Assembly (NCBI GenBank): GCA_017499595.2
Contig: CM039006.1
Span: 2,232,001 to 2,296,000, forward strand
Length of the DNA: 64,000 bases
Source: Psilocybe cubensis
Lineage: Eukaryota
Direction: 5' to 3'
Position numbers and translations under genes: made by a program
Notes under the pieces: generated by a model
What the model was told of the DNA's origin: nothing
Database searches by the model: none
The model's input: only the letters and a program-made list of their open reading frames with translations
Shown: positions 26,011-36,673 of the stretch, in pieces
Position numbering within the stretch: the stretch's first letter is position 1
How the letters are laid out: every line of letters begins with the position of its first letter

Positions 26011-27708
26011 TGAAGATCGAAGTTTGTGATTGGTTATAAACTATATGTAATCCAACAAACACAAACCCCAGGGAAAGAGTGGTCCAGACTGGATAGGACA
26101 AAACCTTCTCCTAAGTTTCTTAAGGGAGGACGCTGCCTAGGATTTAAGTAGATTAGGATGGTGTGGATTGTGAAGGGTAACGAAAGTGAAATAGTAAGAA
26201 GAGGATAACCGGGTCGTCTGGGTACGATAGTAAATAAGCCTTCCAAAAATGGGATGGAACCATGGAATTGGATGGCGGGTGTATATGGAAAGCGTGAAGA
26301 AGATGCGTAGAATGCGTATGAGAAATCAATAAATGTGAATCTTAGAGGGGTTGTCTGAAGTGAGTGGGGAACGTTCCGAGGGGAGATGAGGAGATGACTA
26401 GGAGTTGGAATGTCGTTAAATGGCTGAATCTTGATAAGCGGATGGTAAAGGCGAAAGTGTCCTTAAATTGACAATCTTTCTGACGCTTGGAATGAAGCTA
26501 TACGTCGCGGGAGTATCGACTGAATCAAGGATGAAAGACTAAGTCTGTCTCAAATGAAATTGCTCCAGATGAGTTGACGGAGGGAAAGGATGTCTTGAAT
26601 ACACTCCTACCGGCAATGGTTGGAAGGTGTAGAAGGAGTAGAAGCGGTGACGGATTGAATGGAGGAGGGGAAGTAGGGAAGTACTGGATGTCTAGATAGA
26701 AGTTGGATATTCAACGCTGAGAAGAAGAGGCGTTGGATGAGAAGGATGACTGGTCTCGGATAAAATCCTCTCTTAATGGAAAGCGAGATGACTTTGGATG
26801 AATGGAAGTAAACTTGGTCTCGACGGAGGGTGGAACTGATGACTGAATTGGACTTGAGTTTGGGCTTGGCTTGAACTTGAGCTTGGAATTGAAATGAATC
26901 GATGTGGATTGACTTGAAATTGACTTGACTTAGATGAAAATTGACTTGCTTTGAAGAAAGTGGGGACTGGGTGTAACTTTCTTATCATTTCGTGTAATTC
27001 TACTACAGCTTTTATACTAAAAGCTACGTGAACAAAATACCAATCTGAGCTACTGAAAACCGAGTCATATACTGTACAACGTGTCAAGAATGAGGCTACA
27101 CAAGTGTAACAATAAGCAAGAACAATAAGACATGTCAATATTGACACGACGACAGATAATAAATGAATAGGATGAGTAAGAAAGAAGTGTATGACGAAGA
27201 TGAATGGTAATACAGATTAGATAAAAGAAGCAAGGATGAGTCAGAAAGCATAGAAGATTGGTAAGACAAAGACAATAAAAGCGCAACAGACAATAGAAAA
27301 GATATAAATAAACACAAAAGGATGAGTAAGACAAACCAAAAATAAGTTGGAATGAGTAATCCGCAGCCTGACGCTGAGTAAGACCATTGAATTGATAAAA
27401 ATAAAGTTGACAGTCCGGCTGTGCAAGGCAGTGTAGAAAGCTGTGCAGTTTGATGGTTGACTGATCCGTTGCATAGCCTTGATGATCCGACGAAGTGACA
27501 TGATCCGGAATAACGTGGCTCCCATGTGACGAGTGTTGATAAGATAAGATGTGTGGATGACTTATGGAAAGAATGACTGCTTGGGTTGAGGGCGTTGTGT
27601 GTAGATCCAAAATGAACATCTCATCTCCAATCAGGATTGGGGTATGATATCCATTCCAAACTTGAGAAATCAACCGTCCCCGGTTGCGGAAGGAAGGGAG
27701 GGGATAGA

Positions 27709-30700
27709 TTAGAAATCGTCCATGTCGTCGCTCCATGTGTCTTCATCTTCCTCACTCTTGTGTCCAAGTTCTCTGATCATCCGGTCTAGCTGAGGTCGAG
27801 GAATGACTGAACCGTCTCGTGGAAAATAGCGAAGAAGTCGGAAAGCAGCTACGCCTTGAGCCAGTTGCGTACCATTAAGTTCTCTAAGCACATATGATCC
27901 TCCTCGTGTCTGTCGTACAACTTCGTAAGGTCCAAGATATCGTGGCTTGTGCTTGCGATTCATCTCCTTCTCAACTTGACTGTTCCTGACAAGGACTAGA
28001 TCACCAAACTTGAAGCTTTCTTGTCGAAGACGTCGAGCAAATCGTCATTCAAAAATAGCTTTGGATTGAAGTCGTGATTGTTTCAGAACGTCGGCTATGT
28101 TGGCTAAGTCTTCATCTCGTTTCATGAGTTGTCGAACACGGAGAGCTAGGAGATCTTCGGAACTCATTCCTTGTCGGAATCCATCAACTAGAAATGTGGC
28201 TTCAAGGAGATCGAATGGAAGAACAGGATGAACACCATGCATGACATAGAAAGGGGAACGTCCAGTAGAGCGTCGAGTGATGCATTTGTCGGAGAAGAGT
28301 GTGTGATGAACGTACTGTGGCCAGTCTAGAGGTCGGTCGCCGCAAGCTTTGAGAATGGATTCACGGAAGTCAATGTGACCACGTTCAATAGATCCATTGG
28401 CTTTAGAGTTGTAAGGAGAAATGCGAACTTGAGGAATGCCGTACTTTTCCATCAAAAGACTGAAAGCGCCAGAGACTTCTACTCCATTGTCCGTGCGTAC
28501 AATAGCAATAGCACCATATTGGCATATGACTTCTTCCCAAAAGAAAGTGGCCAGCTCTTTGGAACGTAAAGACTTGAGGGCACGTCCTTCAGGTGCACAT
28601 GATAAGTCGTCTCGGGCTAGGACTACGTATCGAAAGCATCCAGACTTGGGCATGTACATGACGTCGACATTGATGATAGTGAAGATAGTTGGGTGAGCTG
28701 TGATAGTGATAGGAACTTTGCTTTTCTTGGTGGATCTGATCTGACATTCATGGCAAGTAGCGAGATGATGCTTGATATCCTGAAAAAGAAATGGCCAGAA
28801 AAACCAAATGCGAATAACTCCAAACACACCGTATACTCCTCGATGTCCGAGTTCTTCATGAGCTTGAGTAAGAATGAGACGTCGCTTGTCTGGATCTAGA
28901 ATAATCAAGAGTGGAGGTCTTCCTTGTCGTCGTCGATAGAGTTGATCATCTTTGAGATAGTACTGAGTAGCGCGAGCAAGGAATCATCATCGGGACTGCA
29001 AATTGGGAAAAGGGGGTATAGTTTGGTCTGTAAGAAATTGAAGAATTTGTCAAAGTGTCCGTTCTTGAGAAGACAAAGAAGCAATAAAAGAAGGAAGCAA
29101 GATAGAGTCATACGATGGCATAGAAGAGGGAGTAAAAAGAAAAGTAGGGAAAAATTTGACCGTATTAAGAAGAGCAATATCGTCGAGCCAGTCATTGTCT
29201 TCTTGAGGTTCTTCTAACTCTTTAGAAGTTGGTTGTCGCCTTGAAAGTCCATCAGGTCCACGATGATTACCGGCCTTTACATGGATGAGCTTGAAGTCAA
29301 AGAGAAGAATGCCTTGTATCCATCGATTCATACTAGCACTCGGCTGCAAGTCAGGCTGATTGAGCATGCCTTTGATGTACTTGGCGTCGACTTCAACGTA
29401 GAGGTTCTTGACTCCAATAAGATAGAGGCGGAATTTTCGAAGAGCACGGAAAAGACCATATAACTCGAGCTTGGGCTGACTGTATCGTGCTTCTCGTGGA
29501 TTAAGTGAGATAGAACCATAGCGGACAGGTCGTCGGATGCCTTCTTTGTCAAGTTGATAGAGAATGATACCAATAGCAATGTGAGAAGTGTCCACGGCAA
29601 GAATAACTGGGCGATCGGATGAATAGTCAATAGAAGTGAGAACAGGAGGATTGGAAATGATTTCTTTGAGAGTTTGGAAAGAGTCTTCTCGTTGTTGAGT
29701 CCAGACAAAGGGTTTGTCCTTACAATAGAGTTCTGTAAGCGGTCGGACAAGGGCTGAGTAATTTCTGATCCAAACACGCATTGTTCTGCATAGACCTAGA
29801 AAGGATCGGATGTTGTGAACAGACTTTGGTTGTGGCCAATCAGTGACTTTCTGTATCTTGCTCTGATCGGGTAGTCGTCCATCCGGAGTGCATAACTGTC
29901 CAAGGATAAGAACTTCAGGCTGAGCGAGCTGAGTCTTTGGTCCAGAAAATGTAGCATCAGCACATCCCATGCAATGCATAACTCGATGAACATCTTGAGC
30001 GTGTTCCCAGACAAATTGTCGTATTCCTGGATTTTCTGGAAGTGTTTCTGGATTGCCGTCCTCGTCTAAGTACTGTGTTGGAGGGCCTTTGATAGGAACG
30101 TCATCGATAAAGACATTGGCTACGTGAGGGATCTCGTCACAAAGGATGAAGGTAGTACAGGCTTGAAATTCCGCTACTGCATTTGTATATCCCATAGGCA
30201 TTGAAGTAAGTCGAAGAGGTCCAATAGGCGACTGGAATGTGGTAAGATCTCGGCTCATAGGATGGATTTTGCGTGCGTCGTATCCCCAATATAAGTCAAA
30301 GACCGTGTAAATAGAATGACCAGCAAAGGGAACCACAAAGTCGTCAAGAACTGGAGGAACTCCTGCGTCACGATAGGAAATAGAGTTAAGAATCTGCAGA
30401 TCATGAACTAGACGGATAGCACCAGATGTCTTCTTCTTGACCCAGAAAATTGGAGAGCGATACGGAGCTTGGCTTGGTTCGTATACTCCAGCGTCTATCT
30501 TTTCACGTAAGAGACTGATAACTTGATCCTTGATGCCGGGTGGAATAGGAATATTTCGGACTACCCAGAGCTCGTGATCCTCAACAGGAAAGATGTATGG
30601 AGAGAAGTATTCTTCAGAAAATGTTCCACGTTCGGACTGATGAAAAGCGAGTGAGCGTTCATTGAGTTTAAGAATATGAAGGAAAAGCTTTTCTTCTTCC

Positions 30701-30900
30701 GGCCATAGGAATTTGTTGGCGTTAATGTTCATTGATTGTATGCGTTCAAGAGTGAGTCTGGTCGTTGGTGTAAAGGCAGGGGGATGGAGTGGGAGAGGTG
30801 GGAGAGATAATAAGGGATCAACAGGAATTTGTTGTATAACTTTGGCCGATTCGGGAGTAACCCGATTTATAGGTCTAACTTTCCGATCGACTTGTTTATA
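27709..30900 (-). pseudogene. Gypsy pol: reverse transcriptase, RNase H, integrase
   Basis: RT (LVHDLQILN, FDLYWGYD, MPMGYTNA, FIDD), RNase H (VDTS, LELYGL, VDAK), integrase zinc finger (HEELGH...CHEC) and core (TDNG, SIERGH), GPY motif. Stops at 29050 and 28045, frameshift at ~28910. Confidence 0.9.
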
Positions 30901-31794
30901 GGCTGTATTGGTAGAAGTGGGGGAAAGAATAGGTTATATGAATTGATTCATGGAGGCTCGGAAGGTTGATAGTGTCGATCCTGACGCGGCAGTGAATACA
31001 AAACCAATTGTAGGAGAGCTTGACAACCTTGCCGAATTAGTTCGGTTGACGGTGGGTTTAGCAGTAATATCTGAATTGAGTAACCATGATCTCGCATAAA
31101 TGCTTTGATCTATCCAAAATTTCTGTAGGTCTTGACCCATCAGAGGTAATGGGGTGGTCGTCCTTCTTATCTTGTCCGTAAGCTTGATTTTTCGCTCTTT
31201 GTGGATAAGATGAAGCCCTTCCCAATTCTGTAGGAGTTTGAGGTGTATTGGAGGCATGATTGTGGTGTATATTGGAGATAGAGATTCCGTATAGCATTCC
31301 ATTGGGAGGTTGCATGTGTTCCTCCAAGAACTCTGCAATAGGCGACCTGAGGATTCGTTTGCAGACTGAAGTGGTGAAGCAGGGGTGGAACAAATAAATA
31401 AAAGGGAGGAATAAATAAAGGTTAGTTTAACAACTTTTCGGTCGACGTACATACAAATGGATAAAGTGGAAAGAAAATGAAAATAAAAGGTAAAGGAAAA
31501 GGTTGTATGGCGTGGAGTTGCCATTGAGAGTGTGAATGTGAGGAAAAGGCGCATAAAAGAAAAGTGGAGGCGTTCAAAAACTCGTTGCACAAATGAAAAA
31601 TCTACATAAGTGTCCGTGACATGGAAAAGAGAAACGCAAAATGTGGAAATAAAATGGGAGGTGGGATAAAGGCATAACGATGAGGAAGAAGAAACACCAG
31701 CAACAGCAAAGGTGACAAAGAAAAATTGAGGGGATTGGAGAACAAAGAGAGGGCATTGAGGAAGCAAGCTGATGTCCATGCACCGTCCAGATAG

Positions 31795-34700
31795 TCAGTA
31801 CAATGTGTTGGCATCCAAGGGATATTCTTCTGTGTTGTCGATACCAAAGGGACTTTCTTCTCCATACTGATAGTACCATTCGTTTCTATCGTCCATATTT
31901 GAAGCTTGCGATTCGTGCATTGTGCTGGTTATGGGAAGAGGTAAAAGGGAAGAATTGTGGTCAACCTCTTTGCCATTTTGGGCGATTCGTAGCTCTTCTT
32001 CATCCTCGTTTAATGGCTTCTTCGGACTGTCGTGGGCTACTCGCAGAGGATGTACCAAAGCTTTTGGGCCTTGATGATGCTCGTCTATATTTGCGGTGAC
32101 CGTCGATGATACACGTGTTTCTTGTTGAATCATAATCGAAAGAGGTGTTTCTGGAAGAGCAGAACTTCGGGAATGAGGTTGGGAAATAGAAGAAGCGTTT
32201 TGAGAGCGAATGGATTGGGGAATAAAATGAGTCCAGGATGCTGAGTGACGTTGGCCCATTGGATAGGCACTGACTGAAGCAGAGTGGTTAGATTGAGACG
32301 AGATACCAGTGCGACTGAAGTGTAGAATAGTTGGAGTTGTCGTCAAATTTATATGAGTGTCTCTCTGCGGATAAACATAATGAACAAAGGCCGTTCCTGT
32401 CCGGTCAGAAACAACACAAGTAGGAGAAGAATAAGTGGCGTCGTATAGGATCCAATCTTCAAAGCGCAAGTGGGGGTTGAGCATTCCCATAGCCGTAAGG
32501 TGAGTATTGTCAGAAGAGAATTGAATAGCTTCTACTTTAGGTGAGCTCAATTGTTCCATTTCTGGATCGTCATCAGCTGGTTCTTCTTCATGTGGGTCGT
32601 TACTGTCTGAAGTGTGGGATTTGATGGACGGATTGACAGATGGTGATGGTGGCTGTTCTATTTGTGGGGCTTCATGTGTGGAATCATAAGGTGGTGTAGA
32701 AATATGACCATAATGGGCTGTCGCATTGAATTGAGAAGTTCCCGAGTCATCTTGATACATTGAGTCATAATCGGAAGCGTAGAGACCGTGAGAGGAGTCC
32801 TGAGTCGAGTCATGTTCGCAGTTGGAGTCAGAGAAAGAGGGTGCATCTTGTGAAGTGGATAAGTCCTCATTTGGGTTAGCAGATTCGTCCCGATTCAGAG
32901 ATTGTTGCCTAGTAAGGATAGATAACTCGATCATGGAAGGGGTAGGTGATGGATAGCGAAGGTCGTCCAATAATTCACCGGGTTCTAGATCTTCTTCAAT
33001 TTCACCTTCTTCGGCATCTGGATTAGCTAAGGAGAGGTTGTTGTGTACTAACATTGTGTGGGGGGTCTTGTCGTAAATGGTATCCGTGAAGTAACGCCGG
33101 TCGTGCTGAGTATTGGGTGTCACAAGGAATTTCTGCTCACATGTAGGATCTTTGACGTCATAGAAGGCAATGAAAGTCCCTTCGGGTCGTTCTAGAATGT
33201 CCACATAGTTGTCACGGGTCCATGGACGTCCCAAGAGTATATCAAACTGGACTTTGTCGAATACATAGCAATGAGCACGCGTCCTGACTGTACCAATATC
33301 AAGTTGAACATTTCCAACAAATCCAAGCATGTGGGATTTGCCGCCATGAATATCGACCATAACAATAGTATTCCGGCTGTCCATCGGCAACCTGACAATC
33401 TTCTTCCAAGCCTGTTCGCTTAGAATGTTCTGCGTAGATCCACTGTCAATCAAGGCATTGAGTTCGTGACCATTACACATTAATGTGATTCGAAGAAGGA
33501 GCTCGTGAGCGCGAAGGGATTCGACTAAATTGGTCTCGTGCATGTATTGAACAGGTACGTCCTTTTCGGCACTGCGAATGATGTCTAGAACCTCCTTATC
33601 GGAAAGCTTTAAGTTGCCGTTTGCCAATGAAGCTTTGAATTCGTCGACAGTAAGGGTCTTGCCTTTGATGCTGTTGATAAGAAGGGTCCTAAGGTCCTTT
33701 GAAACTCCAAGTAACTCGCCGAACGTTGCATTAACGGATTGATTAAGGCATCGTCTGAGAATGGCCATAGTGTCGACAGTTTGGGATATGTCAGAGACAC
33801 GTTTCTGAGGCGCTGCACGTGGCTTGGTAACTGATTTGCCTCGTTCTAGACTAGGAGTGACATCTTCCATGATTTGATCATCATCGGCCGGATCAAAAAC
33901 CTCGTGTCGTTGCGCAGTCTCGGGATGTTCCGTTGGATTTGCCCTAATTGGGACATTGGATTGAGCTTGTTTGATAGGAATTGATGGATTCATTTCAGCA
34001 GAAGGTTGATTAATTGACGGAATTGGGACAGGTTGAATGGAAGTGGAGCTAGGCACGTTGTTCGGCAATCCAGAGTTAGCTGGACGTTTAAGAATAGATG
34101 GGATCTGAGAAGAATCCTTAGCTTTACTCATTTCCGCTTGCTTTCCTTTGAGATACGCGGGTTCCGGAGGTACCACAGCGTCCATGACCTGTTTGCGTGC
34201 AGCACGTGTTCGCTTTTCAGTTGGGATTCGATTACCAGGACCTGCCAGCGTAAACTCAAACTCGTCTTCTCCATCCCAGGTTCCAATATTGTCCTCTTCT
34301 TCTTCTGCGACCATGGCTCTGTAGTTCTTGAACATCTGACCATAATATGCTTTGGATACAGCTATGCTTGTGGTAGCGACTTGAGGAGGAGGAGGAGGAG
34401 GCTGTTGTTGACGAAGGACTGCTTGTGCAATTGACTCTCCATTCTGGCGAATAATACGGGATCCATCAGGGAAGACAACTCGATTGCTACTGTCTCTGGA
34501 GATGAGCTTGCGGTTCGTAAGATCAATAAGTGTTGGGCAGTTGTTGATTCCATGGCCTTGTTGGTGGCAACCATAGTAGATGATCTCGGATGCGGACTGA
34601 CGTGGTGCTCGTGGTGCTGGAGGTGCTGTCTGACTTGCACTTGGGACTGGCTGAGCTGGCTGTGCACTTTGATTCATAATGGCCGGAGCAATGAGCATGT

Positions 34701-35676
34701 TAGCAAGAGCGGGTTCCAACTTGATGGCGCAAAGATAGTAAATGGCGTACGAAGAATCATGGATGGTGAGCTTCGACATCTGCTTGATCAAGTTCTCCAC
34801 TTCGTCGTCCTTGTGTGCTTGCTTTTCTTCCTTGTCTAGATCCTGAAAGATGCACTTGGTCTCTTCCGGGGGATTGTATGGACGTTCACGGGCATCGCGC
34901 GTCTCGATGTTAGGAAACATCTCCTATAAGTACTTCTTGATCTCGTCAAAGACTGATGAGCGCTCTGGATACAAATCCTTTGGAGGAATAAGAGACGTGA
35001 AGGGGCGTGCAGAAGGATTGTCAAAGATTCCAACATCAAAGCGGTCTTGTTTGAAGATGATTTCAACTGCCTTGGTGACGTCTTCAATGGAAAAAGGTGA
35101 GGAGAGATCGATATGAGGATTAAAGACCATGATCTTGCTTTCGAGCGCAGGTCGGAGGGATTCATTGATTCCTAGCCAGAAGTATTGATTGTATTCCGTC
35201 TTGGATATCTTGTTGTTGTTGAGAAGCCAACCAGCGATGCAAATGTATTGCTTCTGATACTCGCGGAAGTCGTCGAGAGAGCGCATAGAAAGATTGGAGT
35301 GTTGGAAAGCATAAGCACAAAGAGTACTCAACGTGAACTTCTGCGTCGTCCTAGCATGGTCAAAGATCTTGAGCATATCAGTCTTGAGTCGTTCCCATTG
35401 CTTGGCATGATGGCTGGGTAAACCTTCAATGATTTCTCTGCTCTCTTGGTTGCAGCATTAAACCATGTATCGTACTTTGTCATTGTCGAGAGTGACATTG
35501 TACTGATCAAAAATGCGGTCGCAGTGATCCAAAAAGTTCTTGACGTCGACATAAGATCCAGTGAATTTTGGAGCAGCACTAGATTTAGGAACGGGCATAT
35601 CAACTGGAGTACGTTGGATGATAGTAGTAGCCATAGTGGGAGCAGAGGATGGAAGTGGATTGCCAGAATCAGTCAT
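31795..35676 (-). pseudogene. Gypsy gag-protease ORF with long C-terminal extension
   Basis: MPVPKSSAAPKF gag start, degenerate CCHC (YYGCHQQGHGINNC), protease ALIDSGS...ILLGRPW. In-frame stops at 35458 and 34924. Confidence 0.85.
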
Positions 35677-36010
35677 AGCGTAAACCAGTTACAGAGTCAG
35701 AAAGTGTTGCCTAGAATTGTTGCCTAGAGTTGCCTAGAGTTGCCTAGAGAATAAACCAGAGAAGCGAAATAACCTGTAAAGAAAAAGAGTCGAAATGGAT
35801 GGAATGGAAGTGATAAAGTGGTAGATTGCTGTGTTCCTAATACAAAATCCTAATTAACCCTCCCTCGCGAGACCGAATGGATTACTGTGTCCGCGCGTCC
35901 GCCGGACATCCGCCGGACAGACTCACGTGACTACCTCGTCACGTCGCGTCTCAATGTACATGGCGCGCGCTCTCGCGCGCTTTGTATATATACTCAACAA
36001 CCCTAAAAGC

Positions 36011-36122
36011 TAATCCCTAACCCCTAATCCCTAACCCATAATCCCTAACCCCTAATCCCTAACCCATAATCCCTAACCCCTAATCCCTAACCCATAATCC
36101 CTAACCCCTAATCCCTAACCCC
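36011..36122. repeat. Telomere-like tandem repeat (TAATCCCTAACCCM)8
   Basis: Eight 14-bp CCCTAA-containing units, mostly alternating C/A at the last base. Degenerate CCTAA units continue to ~36195. Confidence 0.92.
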
Positions 36123-36224
36123 TACACCCAACCCTAAACTACCTAATCCAAACCCTAAACTACCTAATCTAATTAATTAATTAATCCAACCCTAAAAAAT
36201 AAAACAAACTGCTAAAATATGTCA

Positions 36225-36673
36225 AGCACTGGAGTGGTGAGATTGAAACTAATAATTCCACCACTGCAGTGGTATAAGTTATGTAGACAATTTCACCACT
36301 TCAGTGGTACAAATCATGTGCACTGTTCTAGCACTTGAGTGATATAAGATACATTCTAAATGTTACCACTCCAGTGGTGTAGAAATTATAAAAGTAGCAA
36401 TAATTACTATTCTTAGCATTGTATTTATTCTATCTGACACACAACTATGACCACTGCAGTGGTGGAATACAACAAGTCAATTTCAGCACTGAAGTGGCAA
36501 ACTCCAACATATTAATTTCACCACTTCAGTGCTGATATTAACTTGCTACATTCCACCACTGAAGTGGTCATACTTACATGCTGTACTTGATCACTGGAGT
36601 GATCAAATTTACATGTCAGATTTGACCACTTCAGTGGTGAAAACTAACATGTCAATTTCACCACCGCGGTGGT
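36225..36673. repeat. Array of twelve 14-bp palindromes ACCACTnnAGTGGT on a 35-bp period
   Basis: Repeat starts at 36225, 36260, 36295, 36330, 36365, 36450, 36485, 36520, 36555, 36590, 36625 and 36660. Spacers are 21 bp, except one of 71 bp. Confidence 0.92.

Noticed and set aside
36001-36195. Chromosome end or telomere fusion site
   Set aside because: The repeat is enclosed by TIRs and an 8-bp TSD, and Gypsy sequence is continuous on both sides.
36225-36673. Calling the palindrome array a true CRISPR locus
   Set aside because: The context is eukaryotic, the repeats are only 14 bp, the spacers are partly related to each other, and no cas genes are present. Reported as an unexplained array instead.
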